A DNA stretch of 64,000 bases from Prasinococcaceae sp. CCMP 1430 (Eukaryota; Plantae; Prasinodermophyta): assembly GCA_013416795.1 (NCBI GenBank), contig RQSC01000027.1, positions 186,001 through 250,000 on the forward strand, in the 5' to 3' direction. Below are positions 47,037 through 57,460 of this stretch, piece by piece. The notes beneath the pieces are model-generated. The model was not told the origin of the DNA. It made no database searches and saw only the letters and a program-made list of their open reading frames with translations. The first letter of the stretch is position 1, and each line of letters begins with the position of its first letter. Position numbers and translations under genes: made by a program.

Positions 47037-48698
47037 ATGGATGCGACTCGCGAGGTCGCGTGTGGGGCCCACGCGCGGCCACGCGCTGCACCGCGCGCTG
47101 CGGAGGCCGCCGCCCGGGGCGTCGCCACCGCGCCGGCGCCGGCTGCGGCGGCGCCCGAGGTCGCCGACGTCGTCCTGGTCACCGGCGCGACCGGAGGCGT
47201 CGGCAGGCGCGTCGTGGAGCGCCTCCTCGCGCGAGGCATCCGCGTGCGCGCGCTCGTGCGCGATGTGCCCAAGGCGGAGGACCTGCTGCAGCCCGCCTCG
47301 CAGCCGCTCCTCGAGATCGTGGGCGGCGACCTCACGCAGCCGCGCACGCTGGCGCCCGAGGCGTTCGCCGGCGTGCGCGCCATCGCGTCCTGCTCGGCCG
47401 TCAAGGTGGCGCCCAAGGAGGGCGACACCAACGATCGCTCCAAGTACTACCAGGGCATCAAGTTTTACGACCCGGAGATCGTGGGCGACACCCCTGAGAG
47501 CGTCGAGCTCGGCGGAATGCGCAACCTGCTCGAGGCGGCGAAGGATGCGCCGCAGTGCGCGCTCTTCGGCGACGGCAGCGCGGCGCCCGGCCAGGCGCGC
47601 GAGTACGCGGTGCTGCTGGGCGAGGGCGCCCCCGCCGGCGCCGCGGCGCGTTGGGGCGCGCTCGACGACGTCGTGATGGGCGGCGCATCGGAGAGCGCGC
47701 TGTTGCGCGTCGAGGGCGCGGGCGAGGGCGGCGCGCGCCCGGCGTACGTCTTCGGCGGCGTGCTGCGGACGGAGAACAACGGCGGCTTTGCGAGCGTGCG
47801 CACCAGGAACTACGAGCCCTCGCTCGACCTTGGCGCCTACGACGGCCTCGCGCTGCGCGTGCGCGGCGACGGCCGCAGGTACAAGGTGCAGCTGCGTACC
47901 GACGCCGACTGGGACGGCGTCTCGTACTGCGCGACGATGATCGCGCCGCCCGAGGGCGAGTGGGCGACGGTCGACGTGCCCTTCGCGAGCTTCGTGCCCA
48001 CGCGCCGCGCAAACACCCTGCCCGGCGGGCCGCCGCTCGATCCCTCGAGCGTGTGCTCCGTGCAGCTGATGCTCTCAAAGTTTGAGCTTGACGGCGAGCT
48101 CAATCCGACCTTCGAGGCAGGGCCCTTCTCGCTGCCCGTCGAGAGCGTGGTGGCGTACAAGGCCGGCGCCGCCAGTGCCGGAGCCGCTGCGGCCGACGCC
48201 CTCGGCGGCGCGCAGATGGTGCACGTGTCGAGCGCGGGCGTCTCTCGCCCGTTCCGTCCCGACGAGTTCGACTTTGCCGCCGAGCCGCCGGCGGTGGGCC
48301 TCAACGACGAGCTGGGCGGCATCCTGACGTACAAGTGGCTCGGCGAGCGCACGATCCGCGAGAGCGGGCTGGGCTACGCGATCGTCAGACCCGGTGCGCT
48401 CGTGGAGGAGCCCGCCGGCGCCGAGCTCGAGTGGGGCCAGGGCGACGTCCTCAAGGGCAAGGTGAGCAGGGACGCGATCGCCGACATGGTGGTCTCGGCG
48501 CTCGAGAGCGAGGAGGCCGTTGGGAAGACCTTCGAGGTGAAGTGCACGCTGCCCTTCCCCGAGGCCTTTGTCCCGCCCGAGGGCTTCGTGCCCAAGCGGG
48601 ACTACGGCGAGGATTTCGCAAAGCTTGAGAAGGACACGGACCGCGAGGCGAAGGACCTGACCATCACCATCCCAGGCGAGGCCAACGTGGCCGCCTAG
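47037..48698 (+). CDS. NAD(P)-binding Rossmann + CIA30/NDUFAF1-domain protein, probably plastid (HCF173/At4g18810-like family)
   Basis: VLVTGATGGVGRRVV, YYQGIKFYDPEI.GDTPE.VE, WGALDDVVMGGASES, NNGGFASVRTRN, VRGDGRRYK, LGGILTYKW.GE..IRESG..YAIVRPG; start codon choice uncertain. Confidence 0.85.
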   Translation: MDATREVACGAHARPRAAPRAAEAAARGVATAPAPAAAAPEVADVVLVTGATGGVGRRVVERLLARGIRVRALVRDVPKAEDLLQPASQPLLEIVGGDLTQPRTLAPEAFAGVRAIASCSAVKVAPKEGDTNDRSKYYQGIKFYDPEIVGDTPESVELGGMRNLLEAAKDAPQCALFGDGSAAPGQAREYAVLLGEGAPAGAAARWGALDDVVMGGASESALLRVEGAGEGGARPAYVFGGVLRTENNGGFASVRTRNYEPSLDLGAYDGLALRVRGDGRRYKVQLRTDADWDGVSYCATMIAPPEGEWATVDVPFASFVPTRRANTLPGGPPLDPSSVCSVQLMLSKFELDGELNPTFEAGPFSLPVESVVAYKAGAASAGAAAADALGGAQMVHVSSAGVSRPFRPDEFDFAAEPPAVGLNDELGGILTYKWLGERTIRESGLGYAIVRPGALVEEPAGAELEWGQGDVLKGKVSRDAIADMVVSALESEEAVGKTFEVKCTLPFPEAFVPPEGFVPKRDYGEDFAKLEKDTDREAKDLTITIPGEANVAA

Positions 48699-48980
48699 CG
48701 AGGCGTTGGGTGACGGTGGCCACCAAGGGGCGCGTGCGCCGTCGCGCGGGCGTGAGCGTGCCGGCGCGTGCCGGCGGGTGCTTAGCTCTATGTACCATGC
48801 TTGAGTGTATACGAGGCGGCGCCCGCCGATCAGTCGCGCGCCAGCCGCGCGCGCCAGCCGCGCGCTCAGGGCGCGGCGCCGAGCGGGCTCGTGGGAACAA
48901 AAATGTGTGCAGGTCACAAGAGGCGGCCCGCGGCCGCGCCTCGCTCTGCTCGCTGCGCTTTGGGTGGGGTGCCTCGGCAC

Positions 48981-50022
48981 CTAGGCCGACTCCTGCGCCT
49001 TGCCCGCCTTCCACGCGCCGTTGCCGTACTGCTCGAAGTCCCAGTTGAACTCGGCGAGGTCCTTCTCGATCTGCTCGCGCAGCGCGGGGTCCTCGTCGAG
49101 CACGTCCTTGACCGTGAGCGTGCCCTCCTCGATCTTCTTCCACACCACGTTGAGCTTCTCCTCCTGTGCGGCGAGCTCCACGAGCTTGGCCTTGGCCTCC
49201 TCGTTGATCGCGCCCACCTTGGCCTTGTACTCGGCCTTCACCTTGCTGAACTCGGCCTTCTTCGCGTCGGCGATGGTCTGGAGCTTGTCGAGCTGCGGCA
49301 CGACCTGCGTCCACAGGTCCTTGTACTTCTTCAGCATGGCGGGCTCGAGCGCCTTGTACTGGGGCGCCGACCAGTCGGGCTCGCCCTTGCCCTGGAGGTC
49401 GCCGACGTACGCGCGCGCGCGTTGCGCGGAGACGGCGGCGTGTCAGCGACGATGCATGCCTGGCGAGGCTTGGGCCCCCATCACCCCCAACTAACTCCGA
49501 GCCCAACGCCCGCACCCGAGTGCGCGAGGGCGAGTGGGGGGGGCTGCCACGCGGGCGCGACGAATCCTGACGAGGGCGCTTTGAGGGCGCTTTGCCCCCC
49601 TCCCTGGCGCCGCCCAACACCCTCCCTCGCCTCACTCCCTCGCGCGTGCTGCGCGTGCGCTGCGGCGCTCCCTGCGCGCCGCCTCGGCGCAGTTAGGGTT
49701 CGGCCTTTCACAGCACTCCGCGGCGCGGCGTAGCTTCGCCCCCATCCATCGCCCCCGCGCCGCGCTCGCCTCTTCCCCCCCACCACCACCACCACCACAC
49801 ACCCCCACACCCCCTTCCCCCGGGACTCACGATCGGGAATGCCGCCTCGACCTCCTCCCTCTTGCGCTGCGTCTGCATGGCGGCCGCCTGCGCGGCGGCG
49901 ACGATCTTCTTGTTCTCCGGCGTGCGCACGAACTCCATGATAGCGTTCCAGTACTCCGAGGGCGGCGCCTTGGCGATGCCCTTGGGCACCACGCCCGCGG
50001 CGCGCGCGGCGGAGCGCAGCAT
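48981..50022 (-). CDS. Mitochondrial ATP synthase subunit d-like, 2 exons: 50022-49831, 49391-48981
   Basis: Phase-0 intron 49392-49830 (ATC|GTGAGT..CTCCAG|GGC); EPDWS..YK..MLKKYK and C-terminal TVKDVLDEDPALREQIEKDLAEFNW parallel the plant subunit d pattern (PIDW..YR..IVDKYK; TADEYFEKHPEL..IRNDNW). Confidence 0.7.
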
Positions 50023-50871
50023 TGTTACTGGCGGGGGTGGGCGTCGCGCGGCCCCTGTGTGGCGCCCAGCCTCGCCCCCCCCCCCTCCCTCCCCCTGCTG
50101 CAGGCCGCCCCCACGGCAGGCGCCTCTGGGTGCGAAAACCGAAACGGATGCGCAGGCAGGCACAGCACAGACAGGCAGGCCAACAGCGGGGGCGCGCGCG
50201 GGGGCGTGTGCCGAACCCGCGCGCCCGGCCGGCCGGCCGTTTGGGGAGGTGGAAGGAAGAAAGCATCGAAGCCGAAGGTCGGGAGGGTGCGATCGATGGT
50301 CAGACTGTTCCCCCCGCCCGCTTCAACAGATTCGGATTCCGCGCGGGGAGCTGGAATTCCTCAACGCTCGATAGATGGATGGATGGGTCAATCGAAAGGG
50401 AAGTCATGCGGCGCGGCGAGCGAGCTCTCAGACCCTTTTCGTGTACAATATCTTTCCCATGCACCAACCCTAACTGCCGTGCAGTGCTGTACAGTACCAT
50501 CTGATGGTAGGCAGGAACGATGGTGTACTGAACCAGCAGGGAGTGGCCTGGACCTGCTCTTGCGCGGCCGCTGCTCTCGCCCGCGGCGCCCCCGCCGCTC
50601 TGTCGCGCGCCCACGCGCGCCCACGCGCGAGTCGCCCGAGGCGCGCAGCGCCGCCAGCGAGCGAGCGTCGCGCACCGCGGCGCGCGCCGCCAGCCACATC
50701 AGCGGGTGCGGAGGCGGGGGTGCGGAGGCGGTCGCCTCCGCTCCCATCGCCCCCTGCCCACCGCCACCACCTCTCCGCTCCGCCCTCGACCCGCGGCTGC
50801 GATGTGGCGCACCGACGGGGACAGAGTAACCGAACGCACCCACAGCGGCCACCCCACGGGGAACGCCCATG

Positions 50872-50906
50872 GTTTAGGTTCGCATTTAGGTTTAATAGTA
50901 GGGTTT
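50872..50906 (-). promoter_or_regulatory. Cluster of telomere-like repeats / telo-box upstream of PheRS
   Basis: GTTTAGGTT, TTTAGGTTT and exact TAGGGTTT (50899-50906) within 35 nt. Confidence 0.5.
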
Positions 50907-51008
50907 ATATACAACGTCAAAACCCACCCAAAGGAGAGGACGAGGTCAAAAAGCACGTCGGGGGCGGGCGCGGGCGCCGCGCGGCCGTGCGCAGCGCGGG
51001 CCGTGGCG

Positions 51009-51426
51009 ATGACTGACGCGGACCTCGCGGGCGTCGAGATCACGCGGGAAAACCTCGTGCGCCCCGACGACCCGGCGAACAACATGACCGACCTCATCTA
51101 CGACCGCATCGGCCGCGAGCTGCACAGGCGCCCGAACCACCCGCTTGGCATCATCAAGGGCATCATCCAGGAGCACTTCGAGGAGACGCAGCCCGGCTTC
51201 AACTTCTTCGACGACCTGCCCCCCGTCGTCACGCACCAGATGAACTTCGACGAGGTGCTCGTGCCGGCGGACCACGTCAGCCGCTCCTACAACGACACGT
51301 ACTACGTCGACGACCAGCTGCTCATGCGCTGCCACACGAGCGCCCACCAGGCGCAGATGCTGCGCCGCGGCGAGACGCAGTTCCTCGTGACGGGCGACGT
51401 GTACCGCCGCGACACCATCGACGCCA

Positions 51427-51458
<32 letters not shown>

Positions 51459-52148
51459 GTGCGCGTCTTCGATCCCAGCGAGTGGGAGGCGGCGGGGTAC
51501 GAGGACGGCACCAAGTTCTGCCAGGACGAGCTTAAGAAGACGCTCGAGGGCCTGGCCCGCAAGCTCTTCGGAGACGTGGAGATGCGCTGGGTGGACGCGT
51601 ACTTCCCCTTCACCGAGCCTTCCATGGAGCTCGAGATCTTCTACATGGGCGACTGGCTCGAGGTGCTGGGCTGCGGCGTCATGGAGCAGCAGATCCTCAA
51701 CAACACAGGGCTGGGCGACACCGGCAAGAAGGCGTGGGCCTTCGGCCTGGGCCTGGAGCGCCTGGCCATGGTGCTCTTCCAGATCCCCGACATCCGCCTC
51801 TTCTGGACCGACGACAAGAGGTTCACCGACCAGTTCGAGGAGGGCAAGGTGACGACTTTCAAGCCCTACAGCAAGTACCCGGTGTGCTGGAAGGATGTCG
51901 CCTTCTGGACCTCGGACGAGTTCTCCGAGAACAACCTGTGCGAGCTCGTGCGCGGCGTTGGCGGCGACCTGATCGAGGAGGTCGTGCTGGTCGACGAATT
52001 CACCAACCCCAAGACCGACCGCACCTCGAACTGCTACCGCATCAACTATCGCTCGATGGACCGCTCGCTCACCAACGAGGAGGTCAACGAGATGCAGGAG
52101 AAGGTGCGCGAGCTCATGCCTAAGGAGCTCGGCGTCGAGCTGCGGTGA
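51009..52148 (+). CDS. Monomeric organellar phenylalanyl-tRNA synthetase (FARS2-type); targeting peptide probably upstream
   Basis: LHRRPNHPLGII, NFDEVLVPADHVSR, MRCHTSAHQ, YRRDTIDATHYPVFHQMEG, YFPFTEPS, EVLGCG, AFGLGLERLAM, C-terminal FDX-ACB (YRSMDRSLTNEEVN); TGTAA at 52203. Confidence 0.95.
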
Positions 52149-52618
52149 GAGCGGCGCCGACCGCGACCGCGGCGCCGCCGCGGCGTCGGCGTGCGCGCCG
52201 TCTGTAATGTCGCCGTGTATTTCCAGCTGTCGCCGCGCCAGAGCGCGCGGCGCGCTGCGCAGCGGCGAGCCGGCGCGCCGCTTCGCGCTCGCATCGCGGC
52301 GGGTCGTGAATGCGTGCGGTTACGGGGGTTTTTGAGTCACCCCGGCCCACCCGACTCGCGCCACTCGCCTCTAGTCAATTGTCCTATCGTCATGGCCGCG
52401 CGGCCGAACCGCGGTCCAGCGCCGACCGCGATTCCCCACGCGCGCCCTATCGCGTGCGTCCTCCCCCCTCGCCCTCCCCCTCAGCCTCCTCCCGCCATCC
52501 CCTCGCCCCATCCCCGTGCGCACCGCCCGGCCCGACACACACACCGCTCCGGCCCGCCCCGCCCCGCCGCCAGCGGCGCGGGGCTGGGTGCGCGGGGAGT
52601 GGGCGCATTCGCGTGCGC

Positions 52619-54123
52619 TCACGCTTGGGGGTAGAAGGCGTCGTGCACGGCGTGGATGCAGGCCTCCGCCTCGTCGTCGTCCACGATGAGCGAGATGTTG
52701 ACCTTGGAGGCGCCCTGGGAGATCATCTGCACGTTGACGTCCTTCTGAGCGAAGTTGCTGAAGACCTTCTCGAGAATTTCCGAGGAACGGCTCACGTTGC
52801 AGATAAGCGAGATGATGGACTTGTCGCGCAGCAGGTTGACGGTGGCAATGCCCTCGAAGGCGGCCGTGAGGCTCTCGAGCTCCTGGGAGATGAGCTCGCG
52901 GTGCCAGATCTTCGCCGGGTCCAGCGTAAGGCTCACACTGATCTCGGAGGTCGCCACGACGTCCACGCTGATGCCCTGCTGGTCGAAGAGGCCGAACACC
53001 TTGGCCAGGAAGCCGTACTGGCCCAGCATGCGCGTCGACTGGATGTCGAGCATGGTCACGTTCTTCTTGCGCACCACGCTCGTCAGCAGCCTGTCGCCCA
53101 TGTCGCGCTCACTCACGATCAGCGTGCCCTCGGCCTCCGGCCGGTACGAGTTCTTGACGCGCACGGGCATGCCCGCGGCCATCGCGGGCTGCATCGACTG
53201 CGGGTGCAGCACGGTGGCGCCGAAGTAGGCGAGCTCGGTGGCCTCGTCGAACGTGAGGAAGGGCACGGGCTCCGCGTGCGCGACCAGCCGCGGGTCGGCG
53301 GTGAGCACACCGTCCACGTCCTTCCACACCTGCACCTCGCGCACGCCGAGCGCCGCGCCGATGACGGTGGCCGTGAGGTCGCTGCCGCCGCGGCCGAGCG
53401 TCGTGATGGCGCCGGTCTCCTTGCCGTGCGCGAGGAAGCCGGTCACCACCGCCACCGCGCCGGGGCGCTCCTTCGCGAAGGCGTTCAGAGACTCGTGCAC
53501 GCGCTCGTACGTCTCGGGCATGATGTCCCCGTTCATGAAGTCGTCGGTGGAGACGAAGCCGATGTCCCAGGCGTCGAAGTGCTGCGCGGGCATGCCCTCC
53601 GACTCCAGGTAGGCCGCGAAGAGGCGCACGCTCATGCGCTCGCCGAAGGAGACGAGGTAGTCGCGCGTGCGCGGGGTGAGCTCCTTCATCAGCGACACGC
53701 CCTGCAGGATGCGCCGCAGGTCGTCGAGCAGCGGCGTGATGAGCCCGGCGTCGACGCCCAGCTCGTCCGCCGTCGCGGTCGCGAGGTCGACGACGGCGCG
53801 GTACGACTCCAGCTCGACGATGTCGTTGGAGCTCGCGCACTCCAGCGCGGCCTCGCCTGCGCTGAGCAGGTTGTTGGTGGTCTTGCCCATGGCGCTGAGC
53901 GTGACCACCGGCCGCTCCTCCGGGAAGGACTTGAGGAGGTCGGCGAGCGCGCGCATGCGCTCCGCGCTGGCGACGCTGGTGCCGCCGAACTTCATGACGA
54001 CGGTGAAGGCGGTGTCATCGGTGTCCTGCGCGGCGCTGGCGCCGTGCAGCTTCTCCAGGGCAGCGGCCGCCGCGCTCACGCCATCCGCCACGCCGGCGGC
54101 GACGGCGGCCGCCACGCGACATC
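52619..54123 (-). CDS. Monofunctional aspartate kinase, plastid; 5' end in gap 54124-54197
   Basis: VMKFGGTSVAS, LSAMGKTTN, DYLVSFGERMS, TTLGRGGSDLTA, WKDVDGVLTADP, ELAYFGA.VLHP, two ACT domains (SVDVVATSEISVSLTLD; MISQGASKVNISL). Confidence 0.96.
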
Positions 54124-54675
54124 NNNNNNNNNNNNNNNNNNNNNNNNNNNNNNNNNNNNNNNNNNNNNNNNNNNNNNNNNNNNNNNNNNNNNNNNNNCCC
54201 CCGCGCCCGCGCCGAAGCGGGTTCCGCCTTGACGGATTCGGTCGCTGTCGCTTTTGCCGCGCCCGCGGCCGAGGCGCCGTTTCGGCCAATCGGCGCCACG
54301 CGCGCCAATCGCGGCCGATTCCCGCCATCCGCACGGCCGGCCCGGCCCGGACGCCGCGCCGCGCTCCGCAACTTTTCCCCCCCTCCCCTCCTTACCGAAC
54401 ATCTCATGCAACCTTTCCGCTTTGGTTGGTTGGGGGCCCGCCCTTACTTTTCGCCATCGCCATCGGTCGCGGCCAGTCCGCGAGGCGGGGAGCCCGGCCG
54501 AACGGCGATCGATGTTGATGTCTGCGGCCGGCGCGTTTGATTCAACCTCATTCGCCCGCGGCGCTCATCAAACGCCGCAGAGGCGGTGGGGGCGGGGGGA
54601 GGGAGGGAAGAGGGGGGAAGCGGGAGGAGAGGGGGGGAGCGAGCGGGCGGAGGCATCCCCCCCATCTCCTGGGCC

Positions 54676-55465
54676 ATGGCCGCAGGCGCCACAGCGATGC
54701 ACTGCGCGCGAGCAGCGCTCGGGGCGCGAAGACTCGCGGGCGTCGAGTCTTCCCCGGAAGGCTCGCGCACAAGCTCGCCAACGCTGCGAGGCCGGAGACG
54801 CAAAGCATCATGTGCACTCGATTGTGATCGAGACCCGTCGCTACGCGCTTCGGTGGCTGCTCGAGGGCGGCGACCGCTGCGGCAAGACCACGCAGTCCGC
54901 CCGCCTCGTCGATGCGCTCAACGCTCGCGGCATGCGCGCCGAGCTCTGGCGATTTCCCGACCGCACGACTGCCATGGGGCAGATGATCGACTCGTACCTG
55001 CGCTCCGACTCGGAGCTCGACGATCGCGCCGTGCACCTGCTCTTCTCGGCCAACCGCTGGGAGAAGCTCGCGCAGATGCGCGAGGCGCTCGGCAGCGGCA
55101 CTACGCTCGTGGTCGATAGGTACGCCTACTCGGGCGCCGCCTTCACCGGCGGGAAGGGCATAGACCTCGGCTGGTGCAAGGCTCCGGATGCCGGGCTGCC
55201 GAGGCCCGACGCCGTGCTCTTTCTCGAGCTGGGTCTGGACGAGGCGGAGGCGCGCGGGGGCTACGGCGAGGAGAGGTACGAGAAGCGGGACTTCCAGGAG
55301 AAGGTGCTCGCACAGTTCCGCGCGCTGCGCGAGCCGTGGTGGCAAGTGATCGACGCCGCGCGTACGCCCGATGAGGTGTACGCCGACATCGAGGCGGCCG
55401 CAGACAAGGCCATCGCGGCCGCGAAGCAGGCTGGAGGCGTCGATGACATGCCGCCCGTGTGGTGA
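54676..55465 (+). CDS. Thymidylate (dTMP) kinase; apparent frame discontinuity near 54860
   Basis: P-loop LEGGDRCGKTTQ, FPDRTT, HLLFSANRWE, VVDRYAYSGAAFT, GLPRPDAVLFL, YGEERYE, IDAARTPDEV. Confidence 0.9.
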
Positions 55466-55645
55466 CGCGGGAGGTCGCGGCCGCCTCGGCACGCGCCCGT
55501 GGCAGCGCGCCGCGCGGCCGCCACGCCGCGCCGCGCCAGCCACGGTAATGTGCGGTGCGTCCCGCGCGAGACGGGCGCAGCGAAGAATGTGTTCATGGCA
55601 GCGCGGGCGGCGGGGCGCTCGCTGCCTCGCAGGCGCCCGCGCCAA

Positions 55646-56790
55646 TCACGAGCGACCGCGCATGTTGCCCGAGCCACGTTTGTTGTCGTCCTTCCAGTCG
55701 TCCCACTTGCGCAGCCGCTCCTGCTCGCGGTCGTGGTGATCCTCGCGCTCGAGGTCAATGGCCTCGCGCGCTGCCTCGGCCTTCTTGCTCTCCTCCTCGC
55801 GCCGGCGCATGTCGGCCACCTCCTGCTCGGCGAACTCCTCAAGCGTCATGGTCGGCAGCGCGTGCGACGGGCGAAAGACCCCCGCGCGCAGGCGCTCGCG
55901 GTCGTTCGCAGCGGACGCGAGGGCCGACGCCGAGTGCGTCAGCGCGTCTGGCGGAGGCGCATCGGGGGCGCCGCCTCCTCGTCCCGGTCCTCCTCCTCCG
56001 GCCATGCTCGCCGCCTGCGCGTCTCCGATTGCCCACGGCGGCAGCGGCGAGCCCGCGGGTATCGCAGGGCCCGTCCCCGGCGTGAGGCCGCGCGCGCGCG
56101 CGTGCTGCAGCATCTCGAGCTCCATGCCCAGCGCGCGCGTGGCTTCGATCGAGCGGTGCAGCTCCGCGTCGAGCTCGAGCAGACGCAGCTCGCGCTCCTC
56201 GCCCTCGCGCACGCCATCGTCCACCTCCTCGTCCGCGTCCTCGCGCGCTCGCCGGCGAGCGCGCAGAGCGTCGAGCGCCTCGCGCGTCGCGCGCTCGCGG
56301 CGATGGCGCGCAATCTTCTCCGCTCGGCGCGTGGCGGGGTCGGCAGCATCGTCGGCGCCGCGCCGGGCCGCGGCGGCGCTCTCCTCGGGGACGACGCCGA
56401 GACGGTCGCACTGCTCCACGAACGACCGGTGTAACCGCATGCTCTCAGTCAGCAGCGGGGTGCGGTCGCCCCCAAAGCCCCCTGTCGCAGGCGCCTCACG
56501 CGCATGGTTCCCGTCGCTCCTGCCCGTCCCCTCCCGCGCGCCTGCTTCCGCAGCACCCTCGCCGTCGTCGGCGCGCAGCCGCGCATAGGCCGCGGCGACG
56601 TAGGGCGTGACGAGCAGATACTTGATGTCGTTCGTGGCGACCTCGTCGATAGTTTCGTTGCTAGAGAAGAGCGCCGCGCGCTCGATGCCGCGCGCGAGCG
56701 CGAGCAGCGCCTTGGCGGCGCTCCTCGCAGCGTCCTGGGCCGCGCAAGGCCGCAGCGGCGGCGGGCTCGCCTCGAGCGCCTCGTGACCAC
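55646..56790 (-). CDS. TAP46: PP2A regulatory subunit TAP42/TAP46/IGBP1; start codon missing
   Basis: LFSSNETIDEVATNDIKYLLVTPY, RRAEKIARHR, ELEML, VFRPSHALPTMTLEEFA, RKWDDWKDDNKRGSGN. Confidence 0.9.
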
Positions 56791-57450
56791 GGCAGCGTCC
56801 GCCGGCGGCGGCGAGGCCACCGCAGCGTCCGCCGGCGGCGGCGAGGCCACGGCAGCGGGCGGGGGCGACGGGTTGGCCGCCTCGGGCGGCTCGTATTCCT
56901 CCGGAACTGCCACGTCCGTGATTTCGACGTCCGCGATCGTCGCGCCCTGCCACGCGAGCGGCGTTGCGAGCGCATTCAGCAGCGCCGCGAGGGCGCCGGT
57001 CAGCGCGCGATCGCGCGGCCAGCGCGCGTGGTAGGCGGCCGCGCCGCGCGGAGGCGCGCGCACGGAACAGGCGAGCGCGCGCCGCACCCTCAGTGCCAGC
57101 CATATCTCGACGGCCCCCTTGGTCGCGTCGCCTTGCACGAAGACGATGCGGAGCACCACCCGCGTTTCCGCCTGCAGCAGCCGGCGGTCGCTTCGCCGCC
57201 TGCCGACGCTCGCGATCTCCGCGTGGACCGCGGCCATCTCCGGGAAGAGCCCTCGCACCGCGCCCTCCACGCGTTCGGTGAGCTCGATCGCGCCACTGCT
57301 CGCGGGATCGTCCAGGCCCGAGAGTCCCGTCACGTTGGCGCTCACGTCCGTCTGCAAGCACGCCCCCGCGGCGCACACCGCCGCGAGCGACGGCGGCGGC
57401 GAGGGCGGGAGCGGGGGCGGGGGGGGAGAGCAGGGCACTGCGAGCCCGCT
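56785..57450 (-). CDS. Fragment of hypothetical SPPP-repeat, probably extracellular protein with RRLLQ motif; intron 56947-57087
   Basis: SPPPPPLPPSPPPS, a globular segment with RRLLQAETRVVLRIVFV, a 141-nt GTGCG..GCTGAC..GCAG intron, then PSPPP/ASPPPADAAV 30-nt tandem repeats; neither start nor stop identified. Confidence 0.6.
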
Positions 57451-57460
57451 CGCCCAGGTG

